Origin: Candidatus Sericytochromatia bacterium
GTDB taxonomy: Bacteria; Cyanobacteriota; Sericytochromatia; S15B-MN24; UBA4093
Length of the DNA stretch: 64,000 bases
Direction of reading: 5' to 3'
NCBI GenBank assembly: GCA_036676495.1
Contig: JAKFCT010000059.1
Coordinates: 39,476 to 103,475, forward strand
Position numbers and translations under genes: made by a program. How positions within the stretch are numbered: position 1 is the stretch's first letter; each line of letters starts with the position of its first letter. Below are positions 17,583 to 26,150 of the stretch, piece after piece. The notes under the pieces were generated by a model. That model was not told where the DNA came from. It did not search any database and worked only from the letters and a program-made list of their open reading frames with translations.

Positions 17583-20500
17583 TCAGCGTTTGCCGGCCGG
17601 CTCACCGGGAGTGTTGAGGCTTCCCAGCAGATCCAGCAGCCCGGTACGGGCCTTCTGGAGGGCGCCCTGCCCCTGCTGAACGCCGGACTCGACGCTCTGG
17701 CGGGCGCTTTCGATCTGGGCGCCCAGGGCGGTCTTGGCGATCGCTGGATCCTGGAGGAGCGCGGTCAGGATCGCGCGCGTCTGAGCGGCATCCTGGCTCT
17801 GGACGGCTTGCTGCAAGCGCGTGGCCTGGCGCTTGAGCTCGGTCGCCTTGGCGATGGCATCTCGAGAGACCAGGTTGGTTTCCCGGCTGAGCTCGGCGGC
17901 CAGGTCGAGCGCCCGCCGGGCGTCGGAGGCCCGCATGGCGTCGTGTAGGGCAATCCCCTGGGCGATGATCTCCTTGGCGAGATCGCCGGTGGCCGTGTTG
18001 ACGGCGCCGGCTTCCTTGAGCAAGGCCGTGAGGGTCTCGCCGGCCTGCGCGTAGTCTCCTCCGGCGATCGCCTGCTGAAGCTGACTGCCTTGCGCCACCA
18101 GCGCGTTGGCATGGGCAATCTGGTCCTGGGTCAGCAAGCCGGCTCCCTTGGCGAGTTCACCGGCGAGCCCCGCCGCGCGACGGAAGTCCTTGGCCAGGAC
18201 GGCCGCCGCCAGGGAACTTCCCTGCGAGAGGATGCGCGCGGCCTGGTTGGCAACCTCCGTGGGGATGAGCCCCTCGTTCCGGAGCGTGGCATTGAGCAAC
18301 AAGGCCGCCGTGGCGGCGTCCTTCTTCGAGATGGCATCGACCAGGCGCTCGGCTTGGCCGGCGAGCTCGCCCACCTTGCGGACGGCCGAGTCGGTGATGA
18401 CTCCGGTGCTGACGGCCAAGCGGCTTGCGAGGGCCCCGGCAGCCGCGAGGTCGTTTTTGCGCAGCGCCTGCGCCAGCTGGGATCCCAGCGAGGCCAGCTC
18501 TTGAGCCCGTTGGGCCGCGGCGCCGTCGATCATGCCGGCATCCTTGGCCATGCCGGTCGCGAGGCGGCTGGCGGCGGCGAAGTCCCCTTTCTCCAAGGCC
18601 TTGGCCAGCTGGGCACCCTGGTTGACGAGGGTGGTGGCCCGGCGCACGCTGGGGTCGCCGGCGATGCCGGCATCGACGGCCAGGTTTCCGGCGAGGGCGG
18701 CAGCGGTGGCGAAGTCTCCCTTGGCGATCGCTTGCTGCAACTGGGCTCCCTGCTGCGCGAACCCGGCGATCCGGGTGGCGGTATCCGAGTTGACGAGGCC
18801 GGCGTGGGACGCGAGACCTGCCGCCAGGCCCGCGGCGGCGCCGAAGTCCCCGGCGGCGACGGCTTGCTGAATCTGGAGGCCCTGGCTGGCCAGCTCTCCG
18901 GCCTTCTGGGCCGTGGTCGCCGAGAGGAGGCCCGTGCCGGCGGCCAGTTGACCTGCTGTGCGGGCAATTTCCTGAACGTTGCCGCTCCGGATGGCGGCCT
19001 CGAGCTGAGCGGCCTGCTGCGTGACCTGCGACAGCTTCTGGCTGGTGGCTTGGTCCAGCAAGCCGGCGTCACGCCCCAGGCCCGCGGCGAGCCTGGCGGC
19101 CTGGGCATAGTTGCCCTCGGCAATCGCCTTCTGGACCTGTGCGCCGGTATCAACCACCTGGGCAGCCTTGGCGACGGCCTGGTCGTTGACGATACCGGTC
19201 TGGACGGCCAGGTTTCCGGCCAGGGCGGCGGCCTGGGCATAATCTCCCTTGCGGATGGCCTGTTCGATCTGGAGGCCCTGCTGCAAGACGTTGGCCGCGG
19301 TCTCCGCGGTGCGGCGGTCGATCACGCCGGCGTCGGCCGTGAGGGAGGCGGCCATGGCGGCGGCGGCGGCGTAATCCCCGGTCTGGATGGCCTTGGTCAG
19401 ATCGGCGGCTTGGTTGACGTAGCGGCTCGCGCTCGCAAGCGCGTCCGTGGTGGCCTTGGAGGCCCCGAGATCCCCGGCGGCGGACTGGGCGAGATCCATG
19501 GTGGCACGGGCGGCCGCGCCGAGGTCGCCGGTCTGGGCGGCCTTGACCACCCGGTTGGCGGTGCCGGCGTAGGTGCCGGCCTTGTTCAGGGCATCGGTCA
19601 CCTGCCGGTCGCCCCCGAACTCCGCGTTGGCTTCGCCGCCCAGGGACGCGGTGGCCGCGAGACCGCCGAGGACGTCCCCGTTGGTGAACGCATTCCAGGC
19701 CGCCTGGGCTTTCTGGGCGTAATTGGCGGCTTTTTGGGCAATTTCGGCGGCCTTCTCGACGACTTTGTCGGCGGTGGCTCCGATGACCTCGGCGCCGGCC
19801 CCGATCGCTCCCGCGGCGGCCCCGAGGAGGCCGCCCCAGTTGCCGGTTTCGACGGCGTTGGCCGCGGCGACCACGCCCTTGGCGACCTTCGCGACCTGGC
19901 CGGCCGTCTTGGCGACCGCCATGGCGGTGCTGCCCACGGCCTTGGCTCCCAGGGCGCCGATGCCGCCGGCGGCGGCTCCGGCCACCGAGGCGAGGCCCAT
20001 GACGGCGGTCTTCCAGTCGCCGGTCTTGATGCCTTCGACGACCATCTTGGCCCCGTCGAGGGCCTGAAGGGCCGCCAAGCCGATGGCCACGCCCTGCAGG
20101 CCCGGAACCACCATGCAGACGACCGAGGCGGCCATCATGATGTAGGAGCCGTACTTGTCCCAGAACTCGCCCACGGCCTTGGCGACGTCCTTGATGACCT
20201 TCCAGGCCTTCTCGGCGATCTCGGAGACCAGCTTGACGGCGTCCTTGATCGCTCCGATGGGGTTGGTGACGAACTTGACGGCGATCTTGACGGCCTTGGT
20301 GACGAACTTGGTCACGCTCTTGAAGGCTCCGGCGATCTTGGAGCCGCAGGACTTCTTCTTTTTTTTCTTCTTTACCTTGGGCTTGGGAAGCTCTCCCTCG
20401 GTCTTCAGGACGTCCTGGCCGTTGGTCTGGACGTTGTTGGTGTCCTGGGTGCCGGAGGCAGGCGCGGCGGCGGGCTGGTTATCGGCAGGGGCGACATCGC

Positions 20501-20588
20501 CGTTGAGGGCCTGGCGGTTCCGGTCGAGCCGCTTGTAGGCCTGCATCAGGATGTCGTGCCGGGACTGGTCGATTTTGGGATCGCTCAT
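17583..20588 (-). CDS. 1001-aa Ala/Gly/Gln-rich helical repeat protein of unknown function
   Basis: RBS GGAGGG, ATG 20588; K7 tract, amphipathic then hydrophobic segment, about 13 tandem 44-aa repeats. Confidence 0.85.
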   Translation of the reverse strand: MSDPKIDQSRHDILMQAYKRLDRNRQALNGDVAPADNQPAAAPASGTQDTNNVQTNGQDVLKTEGELPKPKVKKKKKKKSCGSKIAGAFKSVTKFVTKAVKIAVKFVTNPIGAIKDAVKLVSEIAEKAWKVIKDVAKAVGEFWDKYGSYIMMAASVVCMVVPGLQGVAIGLAALQALDGAKMVVEGIKTGDWKTAVMGLASVAGAAAGGIGALGAKAVGSTAMAVAKTAGQVAKVAKGVVAAANAVETGNWGGLLGAAAGAIGAGAEVIGATADKVVEKAAEIAQKAANYAQKAQAAWNAFTNGDVLGGLAATASLGGEANAEFGGDRQVTDALNKAGTYAGTANRVVKAAQTGDLGAAARATMDLAQSAAGDLGASKATTDALASASRYVNQAADLTKAIQTGDYAAAAAMAASLTADAGVIDRRTAETAANVLQQGLQIEQAIRKGDYAQAAALAGNLAVQTGIVNDQAVAKAAQVVDTGAQVQKAIAEGNYAQAARLAAGLGRDAGLLDQATSQKLSQVTQQAAQLEAAIRSGNVQEIARTAGQLAAGTGLLSATTAQKAGELASQGLQIQQAVAAGDFGAAAGLAAGLASHAGLVNSDTATRIAGFAQQGAQLQQAIAKGDFATAAALAGNLAVDAGIAGDPSVRRATTLVNQGAQLAKALEKGDFAAASRLATGMAKDAGMIDGAAAQRAQELASLGSQLAQALRKNDLAAAGALASRLAVSTGVITDSAVRKVGELAGQAERLVDAISKKDAATAALLLNATLRNEGLIPTEVANQAARILSQGSSLAAAVLAKDFRRAAGLAGELAKGAGLLTQDQIAHANALVAQGSQLQQAIAGGDYAQAGETLTALLKEAGAVNTATGDLAKEIIAQGIALHDAMRASDARRALDLAAELSRETNLVSRDAIAKATELKRQATRLQQAVQSQDAAQTRAILTALLQDPAIAKTALGAQIESARQSVESGVQQGQGALQKARTGLLDLLGSLNTPGEPAGKR

Positions 20589-20770
20589 GCAGAGACCCTC
20601 CAAGCGTGACGTCGCTTTGAGGGCCTTCGCCCAGCGACGTGGGTGCCAGCGGTGGCCGATCGGCCGGGTCATCCACGCTGCCAAGCTGCAACGTTTTAGG
20701 GTTATGCCACGGGGAGTGCCGGAACTTGATAAAGCGTCGATTAAGTCGCATCAAGTTTGGATTAGTTTTT

Positions 20771-21052
20771 TCAGCCCCCGTTTTTGGCGGGCGGGTGAAG
20801 GGGACGGGTGGCCCGTGGGGAAGCGGCTTTGGCGCCCTTCATCGGCTTCACGGCGGTGAAGCAACGGTGGCAGACCCGCTGGCCGACCCGGACGGCCGCG
20901 TCGCAATGGGGACAGCGCTCGAAAAGTGTCGCCAGCCAGTTGAGTAGCTTGGCGGTCAATCCGAGGGCCGCCAGCGCGATGACCGCCACCCAGATCCACT
21001 TGGAGTGGAGGGTGGCGGCCTGAAGGAAAGGCGTCAGATCGAAACGCAACAT
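20771..21052 (-). CDS. Small membrane protein with zinc ribbon
   Basis: RBS GGAGGAGG; TM helix then CPHC...CHRC. Confidence 0.7.
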   Translation of the reverse strand: MLRFDLTPFLQAATLHSKWIWVAVIALAALGLTAKLLNWLATLFERCPHCDAAVRVGQRVCHRCFTAVKPMKGAKAASPRATRPLHPPAKNGG

Positions 21053-21227
21053 CGACCTCCTCCGAGCGCAAGGCGCCTTCGAAACGACCTGGCTAGCCTA
21101 ATGTACCCGGGCGATCGAATCTCGAAACGATCGATCGTGAGGAGTTGGGTTCGCGCTCAGAGGGGGGCTTGGAGGGCGTGGGAGGCTGGCCGCGCGGGCA
21201 GCCTTGCCGAAGGGCCGGGACCCGGCG

Positions 21228-21548
21228 TTACTCCCAGGATTCGATCTGTCGCTTCTTCTCGGGGGAGTGGAAGACGCTCTCTGCGCTCAGGTAGACGACA
21301 TCGTTGCCGTGCTTCTGGAAGTGGGAGACGGCGCTCTCGATGTCCGCGATTTCGCGCTCCAGGAGGACGAGGTCCTTGCCGGGGTAGTAGCGCTTGGAGA
21401 CCTTGATGGCGAGGTCTTCGTCCTGGAAGCCAAGGATGGCGTTGACCGGACCTTCGGGACGCGTGATGCGCATGACGACCGGGTGGAAGCCTTCTTGGGG
21501 CTCTCCGAAACGCTCTTCGATGATCCAGGCCGAGCCGGGACGGGCCAT
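21228..21548 (-). CDS. Hypothetical protein (106 aa)
   Basis: RBS AAGGAGG, ATG 21548 (MARPGSAW...); normal codon bias. Confidence 0.7.
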   Translation of the reverse strand: MARPGSAWIIEERFGEPQEGFHPVVMRITRPEGPVNAILGFQDEDLAIKVSKRYYPGKDLVLLEREIADIESAVSHFQKHGNDVVYLSAESVFHSPEKKRQIESWE

Positions 21549-21621
21549 GGGGACCTCCTTCGATGGACAGACGGGTAGCAACTGGGGGGGCATGTTACCC
21601 CAAATGCCCGCGCCTCGCCAG

Positions 21622-21987
21622 TCAGCGGCGGGCGCGCCGGAATGGAACGATGTCGGCGGCGGGACGCGTCGGGAGGTCGAGTGCCTGGAAGGTGTCCGAG
21701 GCGATGACCTGCGCGAGGAGCGGGGAGAGCTCGAAGACCTCGATGACCTGTTCGAGGGCCTCGGCGGATTGGAAGCGCGGATGCGCCAGCAATTCTCCGA
21801 GATCCTCGCGTTCGAAGGAGACCCAGCCTTCCTCGAGCAGGCGGAAGCGAGCACGGCGCATCCCCCCGGCATAGGCCGTGACGAGATCGAGCGCATGGTC
21901 GAGGCTGCCGCTTTCCTGGCGGATCACTTCCAGCAGCGGGGCCAGGTCGAGCTTGAGGGCGAAGCGAGGGCGGAACATCGGGGGCAT
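21622..21987 (-). CDS. Hypothetical protein (121 aa)
   Basis: RBS AGGAG; globular composition. Confidence 0.6.
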   Translation of the reverse strand: MPPMFRPRFALKLDLAPLLEVIRQESGSLDHALDLVTAYAGGMRRARFRLLEEGWVSFEREDLGELLAHPRFQSAEALEQVIEVFELSPLLAQVIASDTFQALDLPTRPAADIVPFRRARR

Positions 21988-22163
21988 CGGGTACTCCTGT
22001 GTGATTCGAGGACCTTCATTCTAGCGTGGGAAGGGGGAGCGGACTGTGCGCCACGCACTTGATTGCCTGCTGATTGCCCGAGCGTCCGGGTTTCCCTGTC
22101 CGGAAGATCCAAGGCCCCCGAGGGGGAACGGGCTAGGATGCGGACAGGTGAGGAGGAACTGTC

Positions 22164-23348
22164 ATGGGCGAGAGCAAGCAGGTTAGGTTAGGCCGCTTGG
22201 TTGGGCTGGGCGTGGCGTTGACCCTGGCGGCATGCGGCGTGACGCCGGAGCCACCCAGCACTCCGGCGCCGAACCCTGTCGAGATCCGACAGGCACCAAG
22301 AGGAGAGGCGCCCGGCCTATGGTTCACGATGTATGGCTGGGGGCTGAATCAGCCGCGCTGGAGCCATTCGGCGGATGTGATCGGGAACTGGCTTTACGTG
22401 GTGGGCGGGGCGGACTCCGAGGGCCAGATGGCCTCGGTGGAGCGGGCTCCCATCCTGGAAGGAGGGGAACTCGGAGAGTTCCGGCCGGCGGCGGCGACGC
22501 TGCGCACGCCCCGGGATTGCCATGCGAGCTTGACAATTGGGGATTGGCTTTACGTCTTCGGGGGGGACCGGCAGGGCTCGCTGGACAGCGTCGAGCGAGC
22601 TCGGATTCGCAACGGCGGGGAGCTCGGGAGCTTCGAGGAGGCCGGAACGCGGCTGGTGCAGGCGCGCGACGAGCATACCGCGACCCGCGTCGGACGCTAC
22701 GTCTACGTGATCGGCGGCATCCGCGGGCCGATCCAGCTGGCGTCCATTGAGCGCGCGGAGGTCCTTCCGGACGGCCGTCTCGGGCCCTTCACGCGCTACC
22801 CCCAGTCGCTCACGGCCAACCGGTACGGCCACTGGGTGGTGGTGAGGGGAGAGTACCTCTACGTGGTGGCGGGCCTGAGCGATAACGGGAATGCGGGGCA
22901 GGTCGAGCGGGCGCGAATCATGGCGGACGGCTCGCTGGGGCCTTTCGAGCGTCTCCAGCCGGCGCTGCGCGAGCGGAGGGACAGCCCGATCGCCATCGGG
23001 CTGGATGGCTGGCTTTACGTCATCTCGGGGGCGCGCGAGCATGCGATGCACATCAAGCTGACGTCCATCGAGGCCGCTCCGTTCACGGGCTCGGGGATCG
23101 GGCGCTTCGTCCCGGGTGGGTCCTTGCAGGTCGGCCGGGATTACCACACGGTGACCCGGGTGGGGGACTGGCTCTACGTGATCGCGGGAGAGAAGACGGA
23201 CGGAGGGGCGCTAGGATCCGTGGAGCGCGCCCGGGTGCCGTCGGCGCCGCTGTTGCGTCCGAGCCCGCGTCCGACGGCCGAGCCCTACGAAGGGGGCTAC
23301 CCGTATGGATCGGACGGGGCGTATGAGTCCGATTGGAGCGGCTACTAA
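22164..23348 (+). CDS. Kelch-repeat beta-propeller lipoprotein
   Basis: Lipobox LAAC; six blades R-x2-H...WLYV-x-GG...SVERA. Confidence 0.85.
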   Translation: MGESKQVRLGRLVGLGVALTLAACGVTPEPPSTPAPNPVEIRQAPRGEAPGLWFTMYGWGLNQPRWSHSADVIGNWLYVVGGADSEGQMASVERAPILEGGELGEFRPAAATLRTPRDCHASLTIGDWLYVFGGDRQGSLDSVERARIRNGGELGSFEEAGTRLVQARDEHTATRVGRYVYVIGGIRGPIQLASIERAEVLPDGRLGPFTRYPQSLTANRYGHWVVVRGEYLYVVAGLSDNGNAGQVERARIMADGSLGPFERLQPALRERRDSPIAIGLDGWLYVISGAREHAMHIKLTSIEAAPFTGSGIGRFVPGGSLQVGRDYHTVTRVGDWLYVIAGEKTDGGALGSVERARVPSAPLLRPSPRPTAEPYEGGYPYGSDGAYESDWSGY

Positions 23349-23393
23349 TCCTGAGGGGGGGCGAGCAACGGGGCGCCGAATCGACGTTGAAGC

Positions 23394-24131
23394 CTAGGGC
23401 TGCTCGCGAGGCGTCAGGATCTGGGGCAGCTTTTCGGCGATCGCCCGGACGAGGGCCGCCTCGTGCGGATCGAGGCGCATCCGGCTGAGGATCCGGCGCA
23501 GCGTGTGGAGCTTGCTTTCCCGATCCCGCGCATGCAGGATGCCTGCGCGCTCCAGGCCCTCGACCAGGCGTTCGCCCAGGGGGGACAGGGCTTCCGCGGA
23601 GGCGAGCAAGGGCGTGTCATGGGCATGGGCGTGCGCGGCGTCAGCCAGGCGCCATTCGTAGGCGAAGATGTTCACGGCCATGGCGAGGTTCAGGCAGGTT
23701 CCCTCCTCGCCCGGAATATGGGCGACCTGGTGGCAGCGCCGCAACTGGTCGCGGCTCATGCCGTGCTTCTCGGTGCCGAAAACCAGGGCCACGGGCCCCG
23801 CCTGCGCCAGGTCCCGTGCCAAGGTCGCAAGGGTCCGGGGATCCTGGGGCTTCATTTCGATGGATTCGATTGCCCGAGCGGTGGTCCCGACGGCGAAGAC
23901 CACTCCGGAAAGGGCCTCGTCAAGGGTCTCGACTTGCACGGCACGTTCGAGGATGTCCTCCGCCCCAGCGGCGACGCGCACGGCGAGGGGGTGGCGGGGA
24001 TCCACGCCTCCCTCGGCGATGACCAGATCGCTCAACCCGAAGTGGCGCATGCCGCGGGCCACCGCCCCGACGTTGTCGGGAAGGGTCGGGTGAATGAGGA
24101 CGACGCGGGTCTCGGAGAGCAGCAAGGCCAT
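23394..24131 (-). CDS. TrmJ/TrmH (SPOUT) family RNA methyltransferase
   Basis: PDNVGAVARGMRHFG, VGTTAR, ALVFGTEKHG, LNLAMAV. Confidence 0.9.
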   Translation of the reverse strand: MALLLSETRVVLIHPTLPDNVGAVARGMRHFGLSDLVIAEGGVDPRHPLAVRVAAGAEDILERAVQVETLDEALSGVVFAVGTTARAIESIEMKPQDPRTLATLARDLAQAGPVALVFGTEKHGMSRDQLRRCHQVAHIPGEEGTCLNLAMAVNIFAYEWRLADAAHAHAHDTPLLASAEALSPLGERLVEGLERAGILHARDRESKLHTLRRILSRMRLDPHEAALVRAIAEKLPQILTPREQP

Positions 24132-24280
24132 GAAAGCTTCCTTTCGGTCGCGGGGAGAGTCGAAGACGGCGTTCGGCGCCTCCATGAGGATAGCAGGCCG
24201 CAGGGGATACATCGAAACGGGCGAGCCATGGTAAAGTAGGGAGAATAGCGCCCGCGGCCGACGATCCCAGGAGAGTTTCA

Positions 24281-24730
24281 ATGTACGTAGATAACGCCAC
24301 CATGCAAGAGCGGATTGCCCAGTCCCTGAACGACTGCGCCGAGGCCGTGCGCCACGCCAACCCCCGCCAGATTCGCCGCTTGATCGAGGCCACTTACCGC
24401 CAGATCATGAACGAGCTTCCGGAGGATCTCCTCGACGAGGAGGCCGTGATGCCCAAGATCGTGGGTTACCTCGACGTCGTGGTGCTTGCGGGTGGCTCGC
24501 TGGGCAAGCGCGCCGACCAGCTGCTGATATCCAAGATCTTCGGCGACGACGCCTCGGCCGTGACGGCCTGGCTGCGCAAGCGCGGCTACGTGGCCGAAAA
24601 CGAGGAAGGCGCCCAGGAGATTACCGATGAAGGCGTTGCTTTCCTGGAGTCCAGTCAGACCGAGGTTGCGCCTCCTCCCCGGCATCCCGGTCCCCGCGGC
24701 GCGCGTCGGCGCGGCAACCGCAACGCCTAG
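24281..24730 (+). CDS. Hypothetical protein with winged-helix-like C-terminal part
   Basis: RBS AGGAGA; WLRKRGYVAE...EITDEGVAFLE resembles wHTH helix-wing; basic tail. Confidence 0.7.
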   Translation: MYVDNATMQERIAQSLNDCAEAVRHANPRQIRRLIEATYRQIMNELPEDLLDEEAVMPKIVGYLDVVVLAGGSLGKRADQLLISKIFGDDASAVTAWLRKRGYVAENEEGAQEITDEGVAFLESSQTEVAPPPRHPGPRGARRRGNRNA

Positions 24731-24744
24731 ACCCTTTCCAACTG

Positions 24745-24773
24745 ACGGGCGGCCTTCGGGCCGCCCGTTTTTT
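24745..24773 (+). terminator. Intrinsic terminator
   Basis: ACGGGCGGCC-TTCG-GGCCGCCCGT plus T-tract. Confidence 0.88.
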
Positions 24774-24775
24774 CA

Positions 24776-24853
24776 TGAAATGTCGACACCCGGTTGACAT
24801 TTCAGGGGATGGAAATGTACATTGGGATCCATCGGCCGGTTGCCGACATTTCA
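24776..24853 (+). promoter_or_regulatory. Sigma70 promoter overlapped by four GAAATGT/ACATTTC operator-like half-sites
   Basis: TTGACA 24794-24799, 18 bp, TACATT 24818-24823; half-sites at 24776, 24796, 24812, 24845. Confidence 0.65.
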
Positions 24854-24871
24854 ACAGGAGGGGCGAACGCC

Positions 24872-25315
24872 TTGCAGCCTAACGACATCGACTTGAAATC
24901 CGGAGCCCGGGCGCGCCTGGCGGCTGCCGAGGGGCGCATCCAGGAGGTCCGGCGGGCCATCGCCGAGCATGAAGCGGCGCTGGCGGCCCTGCGTTCCGAG
25001 TTGCCCAACCTGGAGTTCGAGCGGGCCGCCATGCGCTTCATCGTGGAAGGTGCCGCCGGCACCCCGGAAGCGCCCGTGCTTCGCAAGGTCGATCGCCAGG
25101 AGCTGATCGGGATCATCAAGTCCCGCATGGAGGCCCAGGATCGCCCCTTGAGCGTCTCGGAGCTGCATGACTTTCTCGAGCGCGAGGCGTGCCTGGATCT
25201 CGGTTCGAATGCCCGAAACTACCTCTGCGGCATTCTGAGCAAGGGCAAGGCCCAACATTTCGTCAACCTCGGCAAGCAAGGATGGTGGCTTGCCGGCCGC
25301 TCCGCCGAGGCATGA
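24872..25315 (+). CDS. Coiled-coil plus winged-helix-like protein
   Basis: RBS AGGAGG then TTG 24872; N-terminal heptads, then RPLSVSELHDFL...YLCGILSK...FVNLGKQGWWL. Confidence 0.72.
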   Translation: MQPNDIDLKSGARARLAAAEGRIQEVRRAIAEHEAALAALRSELPNLEFERAAMRFIVEGAAGTPEAPVLRKVDRQELIGIIKSRMEAQDRPLSVSELHDFLEREACLDLGSNARNYLCGILSKGKAQHFVNLGKQGWWLAGRSAEA

Positions 25316-25427
25316 CGCAAATAAGGGCAGAACGGGTTGCCGCCCGTTCCGCCCCATCGGGTGCCTGAAGCGGGTTGCCGCCCGCTCAGGCGCGAGACTC
25401 CCCCCCAAAGCAATGACGGAGGTCCTC

Positions 25428-25664
25428 ATGCACGAGCCTAACACCGGTCGCCCGACGGCGTCTACCCCCTTGAAGGATTACTGGCGCCGGGTCTACGCCC
25501 ACGCCTGGCGCCCCGGCCTCGACCGCGTCCGCCATGTCCAATCCCTGCTCGACTCCCATGGCATCCGCTACGCCACGGACGGGTTCATGGCCGACTCCGA
25601 GCGCTGGGCCACTTCCCGCCCGGCGGTCAAGCATGAACCCGACATCCGCATCCTGGCGTCGTAG
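25428..25664 (+). CDS. Hypothetical protein (78 aa)
   Basis: RBS GGAGG, ATG 25428; its stop overlaps the next RBS. Confidence 0.6.
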   Translation: MHEPNTGRPTASTPLKDYWRRVYAHAWRPGLDRVRHVQSLLDSHGIRYATDGFMADSERWATSRPAVKHEPDIRILAS

Positions 25665-25674
25665 GAGGCCGCGC

Positions 25675-26148
25675 ATGCAGAAGCCGATCCGCCTGGAAGT
25701 CACCGGAACCGACAGCCCGAACGTCAGCCCTCGCGCCCCGCTCTGGATCCTGGAGGGCAAGGCGCAGTACGCCGACGCCCACCCCGAGGAGGACGTCTAC
25801 ATCGTGCACGTCCTCAACGGGCCAGGGCTGGCACGCCCGCTGGTGAGGGCCGTGAAGGCGAGCGGCCTGGCCGCGCGCTACCCGGTGGAGGTGAAGCGTC
25901 CCTACGGAGCTGCCGAACGCTACCTGGTCATCCCCGCCTCGGCCCCCGAGGTGATCCGCGAAGAGGTCTTCTTTCGCTGGCTCGCCCAGCAGACCGTCGC
26001 GGCGTCGGAACCGGACACTCCCTTCGAGGAGGCGTTCCTGGCTTCCAGCGTCGACATGCCCGATAATGGGTCGACCCGCTCCTCGGATCCGATGCGACCG
26101 AGGGCGCGCTACACGCAGCAACGCTTGCCGCTCACCATGGAGGCTTGA
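25675..26148 (+). CDS. Hypothetical protein (157 aa) with C-terminal QQRLPL motif
   Basis: RBS AGGAGG, ATG 25675. Confidence 0.7.
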   Translation: MQKPIRLEVTGTDSPNVSPRAPLWILEGKAQYADAHPEEDVYIVHVLNGPGLARPLVRAVKASGLAARYPVEVKRPYGAAERYLVIPASAPEVIREEVFFRWLAQQTVAASEPDTPFEEAFLASSVDMPDNGSTRSSDPMRPRARYTQQRLPLTMEA

Positions 26149-26150
26149 TC

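Noticed and set aside
17583-20588. Prophage tape-measure gene
   Set aside because: Composition is similar but there are no capsid, tail, terminase or integrase genes nearby; the two SLT genes are unlinked
21394-22062. 222-aa plus-strand ORF
   Set aside because: Overlaps two minus-strand ORFs that have clear RBSs and better codon bias
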